DNA of 63,343 nucleotides, filler included, from Neoconidiobolus thromboides FSU 785 (lineage: Eukaryota; Fungi; Entomophthoromycota), in assembly GCA_025603075.1 (NCBI GenBank). It is 11 parts of 11 records of this genome, joined end to end, with 100 filler letters (N's around TTAATTAATTAA, not from the genome) between each part and the next. Parts side by side here need not be neighbours in the genome. Positions count along the whole stretch, not along the records: positions 1 to 5,707 come from MU626743.1; positions 5,808 to 10,726 come from MU626770.1; positions 10,827 to 28,689 come from MU626576.1; 8 more parts are not named here. One strand, 5' to 3'. Below, piece by piece: positions 1 to 10,845 of this stretch; positions within the stretch are counted from its first letter, which is position 1, and the number at the start of each line of letters is the position of its first letter. Made by a program: the position numbers and the translations under genes. Below the pieces are notes generated by a model that ran no database searches, was not told where the DNA came from, and saw only the letters and a program-made list of their open reading frames with translations.

Positions 1-89
1 AGTAACAATAGTAATAAAATATTAACACTACAACCACTATTAAAAGTACAAAAAAGCAATAGAAACACAAGACATTAAAGAGGTATTTA

Positions 90-407
90 CATTTTATTGA
101 CTTAGCAATATATCAATAATGTAATCAAACATTCAAATAGTTTATTTATTTGATAACAAATGTACAATGTTGGTTATAAAGCAGTTGATAATAAACATTT
201 CTCAATAAAGTTTTATAAGAATGTGTATTTAAGATCCAGTAGAAATTCAACTAACTTATAGTATAAACTATAATAGAATGATTTAGAACTGTGTCCGGGT
301 ACTTTTATTTAATAAGAGATTCGATTTTATAGAATTTTAAGGGAAGTTTTTAAAATACAAAATATTTGAAAATTGAATAAAGTAATAAAAATAATTCAGA
401 TATCCTC
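90..407. mobile_element. Diverged right arm of long-TIR non-autonomous DNA element (same family as 5599-6142 and 10391-10726)
   Basis: Aligns by eye with 5830-6140 (tgtacaatgttggttataaagcagttgataataaa ... ttagaactgtgtccgggtactttt). Ends in terminus gatatcctc|atat. Left boundary uncertain. Confidence 0.75.
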
Positions 408-454
408 ATATTGTGTTAGTAAAAACCTTGTTAATATGGGAATTTTTACTAGAT

Positions 455-553
455 GGGAATGCTTTTTTTGGCTTCATTACTTTTTCCATATTTTGAGTGC
501 TATTTGAGTGGAAAGATTATTAGTAAAATTCTTGGACAGAAAAACACATCCCC
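455..553. mobile_element. ~100-bp MITE copy
   Basis: gggaatgctttttttggcttcattactttttcc ... aaaacacatcccc|atat; matches family consensus. Confidence 0.8.
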
Positions 554-730
554 ATATTGTATATAAATTAAACCAATTTTTATTTTTACTTTTTAAATAT
601 TTCTTGTAGTTTAAATTAAACATTTTATTAATAAAAGACAGTTTAAGTGTTATTATTATTATTATTTAATACATTGTAAATAAATTTAATATAATTTGTA
701 ATAATCAAGCCTGCTAAAAATCTTAAAATA

Positions 731-826
731 GGGGTGTTTTTTTTGACTTCACTTTTTCCATCTTTTAAGCGCTATTTAGGTGGAATAACTTGCTAGTAAA
801 ATTCTTAAACAAAAAAATACATCCCC
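731..826. mobile_element. ~100-bp MITE copy
   Basis: ggggtgtttttttgacttcac ... ttttaagcgctattt ... aaaatacatcccc|atat. Confidence 0.85.
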
Positions 827-914
827 ATATATTCAAGTTTTATAAAAAAAACGATTATAAGGATATAAAAATGTTTTGTTTAATAATTTTTTTACAGTAC
901 ACACTCAGAAAATA

Positions 915-986
915 CTTCCTCACGGGGAATCGAACCCCGGCCGTTCCGGTGAAAGCGGAAAATCCTAACCACTGGACCATGAAGAA
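915..986 (-). tRNA. tRNA-Glu(UUC)
   Basis: Reverse complement TTCTTCATGGTCCAGTGGTTAGGATTTTCCGCTTTCACCGGAACGGCCGGGGTTCGATTCCCCGTGAGGAAG folds as a cloverleaf with anticodon TTC and a GGTTCGATT B box. Confidence 0.97.
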
Positions 987-1056
987 TGTTTAAGTGAACA
1001 AGTGATAATAATATATTACGAGTTATCTAAACAATGTGTTTAATGACCATAATTAT

Positions 1057-1148
1057 AGAGATGTATTTTGTTTGAGAATTTTACTAACAAATTTTCCGCT
1101 CAAATAGTGTTTAAAAGATGAAAAAAGTGAAGTAAAAAAAACACTCTC
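1057..1148. mobile_element. MITE copy (opposite orientation, degenerate ends)
   Basis: gatgtattttgtttgagaattttactaacaaattttccgctcaaatagtgtttaaaagatgaaaaaagtgaagt. Confidence 0.75.
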
Positions 1149-1552
1149 TTGTGAATGCTCAATATTAAACTATCAAACACTATAAGATTTAATTTCTGAA
1201 TTTTTTTAAAATACCAGGCTATATACAATATTAATTAAAAGATGAAATAAGTACAATACATCCATTTTAAATTTGATGCTATATAAATTTAAAAAGACTA
1301 CTATCCTTTATAATTTTTACAAAGCTATTTACTCTCAATCTATAATTTTTGCTTTTATATCATCAAAACAACCTTATTTTGTTTTAATAGATCTTACTAG
1401 CACTAATTATTTTTATAGCTATGTTTGATTTAACACATAAATTAAATATGGAGGTTATATATCATGAAGTTTATTTTTATTTTGTATATTAAAACATCTT
1501 TAAAGAGTATTATACATATGAATATATTTTTGAAATTCTATAGCTCTAACTA

Positions 1553-3990
1553 TTATTCTAAATTGATGTTGAATACTCTAACTGAGTTGTCATTAGCCAC
1601 TGCTGCTAATTTAAGTTGGCTATTAATAGTTTTAAATGCTAATTGATTGACCTGTTTAGCTGGAGAATCGCTATGAAAAACAAAATTAAATTTGATATCA
1701 ATTAAAGCCAAATGTGTATACCTTTGATCAACTACAATAGGATCTAATTCGTTGTCTTTAAGTTTATATAATGTTATGTCACCGGATTCTAAACCAAGTG
1801 CAAGGAGATCATAAGATCCAAGGTTAATCGAAGTAATACATGTAATAGAGACAGATATATCTAAAGAAGTTAATAAAGTGATACCACTTTCTTGGATGGT
1901 CCATAATTTTAACTAAAGGGTTAATATGATATAAAATATGTATTATTGAAATTACCCAACCATCTCGGGAAACGGAAGCTAAGATTGAATTTTTAATAAT
2001 ACTAAGCCCCCATACAATTCTAGAATGCGCTTTTTCTAACTTGTATAAAAGTTTATATGGATTCCCAGTGGATTGCATCTTAATGAACATTGAAATGCTA
2101 CGATCTTTTCCTGAGGAAAAGAGATATTTATCATCATCAGAATAAGTAAGGCTAGTTATGCTAAGATGATGTGATTCTAAAGGGGGTAATAATTCTTTAA
2201 ATGTATTTCCATCATAAATTCGAATCACAGCATGTTGGCTTGTATTTGCTTTGCAAGTGGTGGCTATGTATTTATTTACTGGGCTAACAGCCAGTGAAAG
2301 TAATTCATAACCATGGCCGTATCTAAAATTAAACAAATGAGTAAGTAAAGATAAATGAGACTATAGAACAAATTACAATTTGTCAACCTCAGGCCAGAGG
2401 GTATATTGAAGTAATTGCTCTTCAGAAGGTGGATTTTCTAAAATAATATGTGATTGGTCAATTTCTTTGTTTGACAACCCTAAGGCAGGTAAGTTAGCAT
2501 CATTAGGACGAGCATCAATCTGTTCTTGGTTGAAAATAGATTCATTTTTAAATTGATTATATAATTTTCCGAATGATTTGGGTGCTTCTAACAACCTTAA
2601 TACTTTTTCATCTGCTGCTGATGCTAATTGTAAACTTTTAACAAAAGCTAATTGTGTCAAATCATACCCATGAATTTGTGGTCGTGCAATTTCTTGCCAT
2701 TTAGTCCCTTGATTAGAAAAACAACGAGTAGTTTGATCCAAACTAAATAAATAGTTAATGATATCGTATAATCAACAATAACAATCTAATTACCTTAAAG
2801 TCACAAAATAGTCCAATTTAGGATCAAAAGCAATGGATTTTACCTGATTAAAATGTCCAGAATAAAAGGGGATTGTTTTCCATTGGTCATTGTTAAATTT
2901 AAAGCAATGAACTGCCCCATAATATCCTCCTGCATAAAGTGTATCGTTTAAAAATAAAATCGAATAAAACCCCAAATTATACCCTCCCATTTCACCTAAT
3001 TGGGCTGTATTTAACCACAGCCCATTTTCGCTATCAGGTTTCCATATAATAATACTTTTATCCGCAGATGATGAAGCTAAGACCAACTCGTTTTCCAAAG
3101 AATGGAATTTAACTGAGTAAATCCACGAAGAATGAGAAGATAAGAATGTATCTAAATTGATTGTATAATTGTATGAATTTAAGTAAAACTGAAAGCTGTT
3201 ATTATTAAGCTTTCCTTCTATCTTATTGCTATTATCCTCTTCTCTTTGGTTGCTACTAATTTTGTAAATTCTTATAAATGAATCTTGACATCCGGTAGCA
3301 ATAAATAATTCTTTATTTACTATCTTGTGGTCAATACTTCTAATCCAGTCTTCATGGCCACCTAAATCTACTATTTTTTCTAATTCGTTGCCAAATTTAT
3401 ACAAATATAACTTTTTATCGGTGCCGCCCATTACGATAAGAACTTGGTTTTTAAAGTATATCGCCTTAACACATAAAATGCTGTCTTTATTAAAACAAAT
3501 AGTTTGTACTTCTTTTTCCAAATTAAATACTCGTACGTACCCCCCATTATCGCATATAATAAAATAGACTGTTTCATTTTTTTTAAAGGAACTAACGTGG
3601 TTGATACTATGGTTTGATTGAAATCTTTTAGTAATTTTGAACCCATCTTCATAACTCCAATAGATTACTTCACCTTCGGCATCTCCACTAATTAGTCCTG
3701 AGCTTTCTATGTAATCATGAGTCAAAGCTACGCGCAATAGTTATTGATTTACCTTTTTCCCCAATAACAAAACTAACTCTGGCTTTATGACCCTTTAAAG
3801 ACTTAGCATTACCATTCTAAATAAAAGTGTTAAAAAAAATAAGTATTAGTAACTAGTTACCAACCTCACAATTCAATAAAACAACATTATTATCTGAACC
3901 GAAGCAAAGGTGATCAACATTATTTATTGTTATATGGTTTAAATTGTTTGCTACTCGATTAATTCCGCTACTTAAATATTCAATTTCCAT
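1553..3990 (-). CDS. ELP2: Elongator complex subunit 2 (tandem WD40 propellers), multi-exon
   Basis: Exons translate to [121 protein letters not shown] and end SVRVFNINLE*. These are hallmark Elp2 motifs. Confidence 0.93.
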
Positions 3991-4330
3991 TTTCTGATTT
4001 TTTGATAAAATAAAATTGTAAAAGTTTGAAGGAAAAAAATTTTATAAGTTAAATTTGTGCTTAAAGCTTACAAGATTTTAAGCAGAATGAAGCGATATTT
4101 TTCGAACATTTACACATAAAGTGAGGTTTGAAAACCATAAGCTAAATAAGTTAGAAAAGGCTTTTTATATTAAAATTAAAGTTACTTGTTTCCTTGGTTA
4201 AAACTTTTAGATACATAAAAAAAGTAAATTTCCATTCTAAAATATCTACTACCAAACTTCATAAAGTTGCTTTTAGCATTTAACATTCAAGATTTAAGAA
4301 ATTATATAACAATAGCTTCAGTTATATTTA

Positions 4331-4402
4331 TTCTTCATGGTCCAGTGGTTAGGATTTTCCGCTTTCACCGGAACGGCCGGGGTTCGATTCCCCGTGAGGA
4401 AG
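4331..4402 (+). tRNA. tRNA-Glu(UUC), identical to the 915-986 copy
   Basis: Same 72-nt cloverleaf, anticodon TTC, followed by a T6 Pol III terminator. Confidence 0.97.
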
Positions 4403-4748
4403 TAGTTTTTTGATTTCACATCATTTTTCATAGTTTAGGTAGGAGAAAATTGTTGGGAAAATCCTCAAAAAAATTTCCCTAAATATGAGGACGTATTTTT
4501 TTAGATTTTATTTAAATAGTATTCAAAAATTTAAAAGACCTGTATATATAACTACTCATAAAAAGCTCAAGTTAACCTGATCAGCTGTTTTTAAAAACAA
4601 ATATGGGGATGTCTAGATTGGTTTCATTTTTTTATAAAATCCTATAAACTCTGAGTTGCTATGAACAGTTGTTAAAATTGATGTAAACGAATTATAACAT
4701 TTATATAGTGTACTTCTTCCTATTGTATTGAAATTTAATTAATCATAT

Positions 4749-4846
4749 GGGGGCATTTTTTTGGCTTCATTACTTTTTCCATCTTTCAAGCACTATTTGA
4801 ATAGAAAAATTATTAATAAAATTCTCAAATACAAAAATACGTCCCC
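4749..4846. mobile_element. MITE copy
   Basis: atat|gggggcatttttttggcttcattac ... aaaatacgtcccc. Confidence 0.85.
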
Positions 4847-4907
4847 ATTAATTATATAAATACACTTATTTGACTTTATTTTTTGTTGAAATAAAAATAA
4901 AACATAT

Positions 4908-5006
4908 GGGGATGTACTTTCATGCTTAAGAATTTTATTAACAATTTTTCCACTCAAATAGCGTTTAAAAGATAGAAAAAGTAATGAAACCAAAAAAAAC
5001 ATCCTC
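4908..5006. mobile_element. MITE copy (inverted relative to 4749-4846)
   Basis: atat|ggggatgtactttcatgcttaagaatttt ... aaaaaacatcctc|atat. Confidence 0.85.
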
Positions 5007-5189
5007 ATATAATTAAGAAAATTAGCTATTTAAGAAAAAGAAACAATTAAAATAAGTTTTAAGTATAGATATTTAATTTTAAGCTTTTTAGGTTTAACCA
5101 TCACATTAGACACAAGTTAAAAAAAATTTAATTTGGATTAATTTCCAAGTAAATTCTGAAACCAATTCGGACAACCCCATTTACTAAAT

Positions 5190-5598
5190 GACTTACCTAT
5201 TTCATCAAGATTTAATAAAAAACAATGATAGTAAATATTCATAAGATAATATATATGGGGCTGTTTTTTTTAGTTTCATTATTTTTCCATTTTTTAAGCG
5301 CTATTTATGTGGAAAAATTTTCAGTAAAATTCTTAAATACAAAAATACATCCGCATATATTAAATAAAAGTAGAAGAATGGTTTGAAAGATAAAGCAATA
5401 GTTAGGTCAACATTCTTTAAATATATACCAAGTAATTTTAGAAATGCACCAAGGAAAACAGATCTATGTAATATATGTGCCCAGTATACAGTTAGAAAAA
5501 AGTTATTTGAAAATAAAATAAATACAGCAAAAAACAAAGCAGAGATAGAAGAAATTTTCAACGAAGAAGAAAAATTATATAAATTACATAATATATAT
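5190..5598 (+). pseudogene. Transposase-like relic (F-x-P-x2-T-D-x-C-x2-C motif) interrupted by a MITE and a long-TIR element
   Basis: ORF 5383-5610 reads KAIVRSTFFKYIPSNFRNAPRKTDLCNIC. The frame continues upstream (TYLFHQDLIKNNDSKYS*) once the MITE at 5257-5354 and one ATAT are removed. In-frame stops are present. Family assignment is by motif memory only. Confidence 0.45.
5257..5354. mobile_element. MITE copy inserted in the transposase-like relic
   Basis: atat|ggggctgttttttttagtttcatt ... aaaatacatccgc|atat. Confidence 0.85.
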
Positions 5599-6142
5599 GG
5601 GGTTGTCTGAATTAGTTTCATTATTTTATCCAATTTTTGAAAAATTTTGTATTTTAAAAACTTCGCTTAAAATTCTATAAAATCACATCTTTTATTAAAA
5701 CAAAAGTNNNNNNNNNNNNNNNNNNNNNNNNNNNNNNNNNNNNNNNNNNNNTTAATTAATTAANNNNNNNNNNNNNNNNNNNNNNNNNNNNNNNNNNNNN
5801 NNNNNNNTCCCTCCCATCCAGCTATTTATTAACTTGGCAATATATTAATAATGTAATTATAACATTAAAATAGTTTATTTATTTGATAATAAATCTACAA
5901 TGTTGGTTATAAAGCAGTTGATAATAAATATTTCTCAATTAAGCTTTATAAGAATATGTATTTAAGATCTAGTAGAAATTCAACTAACTTACGGGATAAA
6001 CTATAATAGAATGGTTTAGAACTGTGTCTGGGTACTTTTGTTTTAATAAAAGATATGATTTTATAGAATTTTAAGCGAAGTTTTTAAAATACAAAATTTT
6101 TCAAAAATTGGATAAAATAATGAAACTAATTTAGATAGCTCC
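5599..6142. mobile_element. Long-TIR non-autonomous element spanning an assembly gap
   Basis: Starts atat|GGGGTTGTCTGAATTAGTTTCATTATTTTATCC. 5599-5707 is the near-perfect reverse complement of ~6030-6142. The interior is lost in gap 5708-5807. Confidence 0.75.
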
Positions 6143-6202
6143 AAACAATTTATCACCAAAAGTAGTTGATTAAATATTCTCTTTAAAGTAGAGATTTAAA
6201 AT

Positions 6203-6275
6203 GGTCCCGTGGCCCAATGGATAAGGCGTCTGTCTACGGAACAGAAGATTCCAGGTTCGATCCCTGGCGGGATCA
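6203..6275 (+). tRNA. tRNA-Arg(ACG)
   Basis: GGTCCCGTGGCCCAATGGATAAGGCGTCTGTCTACGGAACAGAAGATTCCAGGTTCGATCCCTGGCGGGATCA; anticodon stem TCTGT/ACAGA, anticodon ACG. Confidence 0.96.
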
Positions 6276-6384
6276 CACAATACATATTTTTAATATTGGG
6301 CTTTTTTGTAATATAAATATGAAAAGTATTCGACAATTGCCAATTAAGATAGTGATGGGTGGTGGCAGGTCAATAAAATAATAT

Positions 6385-6482
6385 GGGAGTGTTTTTTTTG
6401 ACTTCATTATTTCTTCCATTTTTAAGCGCTATTCAAGCGGAAAATTTGTTAGTAAAATCCTTAAACACAAAAATACATCCCC
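6385..6482. mobile_element. MITE copy
   Basis: atat|gggagtgtttttttgacttcatt ... aaaatacatcccc|atat. Confidence 0.85.
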
Positions 6483-7149
6483 ATATCATTGTACAAAAAG
6501 GGAAAAGTCAAAACTAGGGGTTTTGCTTAAAAATGTTATACATAGATTTTGTAATTTTATGACAATGGGTTACAACAGTAAATTTACCTTCTATAAAGTA
6601 TTTAGTTTTTAAAGAAAATTAAATTTTAAAAATGCTAATAAAAATTAGCTATTAACATCGTTTTTCATAGACTTTGCTTCTAATTGAGGCTTTATAAAAA
6701 CAAATTTTTTCGATCGTAATTTTTTTAATGATACTCTTTACTATTATTATTTGCAGAAAATATTTCCAGCTGTTACAAAAATATAGAACTAAAAATGTAT
6801 TTTGTAATTAATACATTGCCCTGACTTTAAATTTAACTACTTTAACCCTAATCTAAACGTAACTTGTCTGTTTAATTCAGCTTTAATAAATAATACAGTC
6901 TAAATAATTCTTAACCAAACCAACCACCCTCACCTTCTCACTTAACTTCTATAAACTTTAAATGGGATCACAAAAAAAGAAGTGATGGTAAAAAGTGCTA
7001 TTATAATAGGAGCTTGATAAAAGCCTATTTTTAAAACGGATTCAATTAAAGAATTTGTCTGTCTAATTAGATTTTACCACCAAGTACATAGGTTAATAAT
7101 CATATAAATACTGTTTTAAAGAAAACAATAAATCATTAACAATGGGTCA

Positions 7150-7650
7150 TTAGCATTAAATTAAAATTATACATAAGATTTTAGTTATTATATTAGACCT
7201 TTGGGTCAATGAATAAGCCAACATGGACATTAACAATCTTATTTTTCACTAATAAAAGCGCTATTCTGGAAATTGACTCCCATTGGGTCAATCGGAAGAG
7301 AGGGGGTCTCCTATTTGAAAATCAATTTGGAATAGTGTTTGTTAATGATCTCTCAATTTACAAATAATATTTTAATAGAGAATAAATAAATAATGAACCT
7401 TGATAGGACGGATTATTTATATTGAACAAAAATCCATTATTTTCTTCATCAAAATTAAATATCACTACCCTATTTATCTATTTTTAGTAAAAAATCATTT
7501 TTTCCAAAATTTACTTTATTAGATGTGTTTATTAATAGATGTATATCGCTCACTAACTCACTAACTCCAAGGGTTTACTATATTAAAACTATCGATATTA
7601 CAAGTTAATTTATAAAGTAATCTTCTGGATCTTTTTGATTTAAACAAAAA
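7150..7650 (-). pseudogene. Heavily decayed non-LTR reverse transcriptase fragment
   Basis: Minus-strand frames give ILFVN..., FQIGDPLSS (cf. QGDPLSP) and MLAYS (cf. LAYADD), with many stops and frameshifts. Confidence 0.35.
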
Positions 7651-7909
7651 ATAGGCCCCCCATCCCATAGAGGGCTAATATACAGAATGGTTGTTTCATT
7701 TTATAAAATTTTTAGTAGTAATTATTTGAGTTTACAATTTTAATCTTTTACTCTTTTACCTCGCTACATAATAAAGCAGTTACTTCAATTCTATTTTATA
7801 ATCACTAACAATCTAGCGTTAGATACTTTTTATTGGTTATTCAAATAGCTTTTTCAAAGACTAAGACCTGATATTATAGTTGAGAACATTACTTTTAGTT
7901 TACTATAAG

Positions 7910-9730
7910 CAATAAGATTTTTTCGCTTGAGATTCCTTTTAATATTATAATTTTCATTTTCTATACCAATACAAACCAAAAGGTGTTTTTTTAAATATCT
8001 AACTGTTTAGGGTTTAAGTTCAATAGAATTTTCAAAAGCTTTACTGCTCAACTAAGATTTGAATCAATCCAATTATTTGAAAAATAAACTATCATTAAAT
8101 AATATGTATCAAAAATAGAAAACTTAATAAAATTACACTTTTTATATTTTTTTACTTATTCAACATAAATACTGTTTAATACTAATTTATCGCATGTAAA
8201 TATTGTCTAACAAGTCAATCTGGTTTGGCTTTTGACTTGATTTTGTTGGGATTATAAATGTCATCACAAAATGTTTTACGACATTCATTGATCCACATGA
8301 TGAAACAAACTTTTTGTATATTTGGAATAAGTTGAGCTATAACCTATATTAGTCTAAGTACATTAGAATATGATTCCGCAAAACATAAAAAGGAATTTGT
8401 GTTGAGACAACTCCTAATACTTTTGACCCAGGTTTTTCATTTCTTCGAATCTTTTTCTAAATCATGTGTCTTCTGGTATTATCAAAAGCGTGACATGGTT
8501 TTTTTCTATCTTTTGTTTTATAACCCAATTTATAAAAGTCCACTGAATTCATTATTTGGTAATTTTAATCCTGAAAGTATTACAGTATAATCACATTAGT
8601 ATTAGTGTTAGTAAACATGGGTTGAAATTATTTTTTCACCTTTTTCTTCAAAACAAACCATCGAGAAACCTATTATGGTATATCTATCAAAATATGAAGA
8701 CAAATACTTACATATAAAGATCAATTCCTCCTTGGTTTTCTGCTTTGATTTAGCTGGATAAAAAGTTGATGGTTTGATTTAATAATAATAATATTTTTAT
8801 TTATCATTCCAATTTTTAGGAGTTCCAGCAACAACCACTTTATAAAAATATCCATTTTGATTTTTAATTGGACTTATTATTGATATTGATAATTTTTTCC
8901 CATGCTTATCTGATCCTTTAATTTTTCTAAAGGCCAGTAAAGTACTATTTTTATTAATTAATACATGCTTTAAATATAAACTCCCTCGATTCTTTTTTAT
9001 TGCTGCTTTTTACGTTTAAATCTTCGTAGCTTTTGATTTTCGCTTGATTTTGTGCTTTTACTAGAAATTTTTGAAGACCATTATTTTGTACTCTTACGTC
9101 CGATATCTATAGTTCAGTTCTTCCTTTGATAGTTATTATTTATATCATCTGTAACTTTATCTATAGTAATTTCACTTTTAACTTCCTTTTCTAATGAATT
9201 TATTTTTAAGTTTTAGATTATCATATGGAAGATATTTTTTTGTGCTTAAGAATTTTACTAACAGTTTTTCCGCTGATCAAGTGCTTAAAAAATAATGAAA
9301 CCAAAAAAAATATCCCCCATCCGTATGTTCTACTTTTTTTCAACATTAAACATTCTTTGAAATCCCAACCCCAAGTACAAAAGTAGCTTTGTTTTTTTTC
9401 TGCAAAATAAGTTATATTTTATTCTGATGATAAGATAGCTAGGTATATAGTTTTATATTGATAAACTTTTGTTGTTTTTAAAAACCAATTTCATTTATAG
9501 CTTGGTTTAAACGTATTGTTGTCAATCAGACTTAATAATGGTATAATTATTCAGTGGTTTATTTTTATTCAAGGAGTTGGATTGACTCAAATCTTAGTTG
9601 AATAGTTTTTGAAAATTTATTCAATTTGAACCCCAAACAGTTAGATATTTAAAAAAACACCTTTTGGTATAAAAAATGAAAATTGTAATGTAATAAGTTA
9701 AGAGGGAGCCTGACTTGCAAAAACCAATCT
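7910..9730. repeat. Imperfect ~190-bp inverted repeat pair (~7910-8105 / ~9540-9730) enclosing decayed coding-like DNA
   Basis: ccaaaaggtgtttttttaaatatctaactgttt...ctcaactaagatttgaatcaatccaa is matched in reverse complement at 9570-9690. Confidence 0.7.
9227..9318. mobile_element. MITE copy
   Basis: atat|ggaagatattttttgtgcttaagaattttactaac ... aaaatatccccc|at. Confidence 0.8.
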
Positions 9731-10074
9731 TACAGTAGTAGAGCTGGTCACCACAACTAATTTTGTGGCGTAAGCGACAAAAAAAAGTTAGCTCATTATA
9801 GGATTATAGAATTACCTTATAGAGCAGCCTTGAAATAAAGTTATAAGTAAAATCAATCAAACAATTAAGGATTTTAAAAACGTGGACATACACAGTAAAA
9901 CAATAATAGCAATAATAAATTAGCAAATTAAAATAAATAAAAATAATAGCTTACAGATAGAAAAAGGAATTTGTGAGAAAAAAGAAAAAGCATAACATTA
10001 AACAACTTACTGCTATAGCTGGGATTAATCCATTAATTAAATAAGTGCGGATAAACTCTAAGGCTTTAGATATA

Positions 10075-10169
10075 GGGATATATTTTTGTATTTAGGAATT
10101 TTACTAACAATCTTTCCACTCAAATAGTGCTTAGAAAATGTAAAAAGTAATGAAACCAAAAATATCCTC
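10075..10169. mobile_element. MITE copy
   Basis: gggatatatttttgtatttaggaattttactaac ... aaaatatcctc|atat. Confidence 0.8.
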
Positions 10170-10390
10170 ATATTTTGGAATTTTAGATAATGGGACCTAT
10201 TATTGAAATTTAATACAACAGAAACAAACTCCAATATGGTAAATTTATTAGAGCAAAAGAGAGAGGAGGAGGGGTTTTAAGAGAAAAATATAAATCCGTA
10301 GCCTTTGTAAAAGACTATACTACTGGGTAAGATGATATTATATTTTATGTATTTTTTGATTTCTCAAATGAAAAAACCAAAATTACATGT

Positions 10391-10726
10391 GGGGTTGGTC
10401 TAAATTAGTTTCATTATTTTATCCAATTTTTGAAAAATTTTGTATTTTAAAAACTTCGCTTAAAATTCTATAAAATCATATCTTTTATTAAAACAAAAGT
10501 ACCCAGACACAGTTCTAAACCATTCTATTATAGTTTATCCCGTAAGTTAGTTGAATTTCTACTAGATCTTAAATACATATTCTTATAAAGCTTAATTGAG
10601 AAATATTTATTATCAACTGCTTTATAACCAACATTGTAGATTTATTATCAAATAAATAAACTATTTTAATGTTATAATTACATTATTAATATATTGCCAA
10701 GTTAATAAATAGCTGGATGGGAGGGA
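10391..10726. mobile_element. Left arm of long-TIR element, truncated by gap
   Basis: Essentially exact reverse complement of 5808-6135; begins GGGGTTGGTCTAAATTAGTTTCATT. Confidence 0.8.
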
Positions 10727-10845
10727 NNNNNNNNNNNNNNNNNNNNNNNNNNNNNNNNNNNNNNNNNNNNTTAATTAATTAANNNNNNNNNNNNNNNNNN
10801 NNNNNNNNNNNNNNNNNNNNNNNNNNATAACACTAATAAACAGTT

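Noticed and set aside
790-993. Short ORFs overlapping MITEs or tRNA (790, 4793, 5301, 29891, 42488, 58174, 58531, and the N-terminus of 31754)
   Set aside because: Their shared peptide motifs (YLSGKIVxKxLN...HPH) come from translating the non-coding MITE, not from a protein family.
10200-10330. RGGGV motif resembling a LINE AP-endonuclease
   Set aside because: Single short motif in a broken frame; insufficient support.
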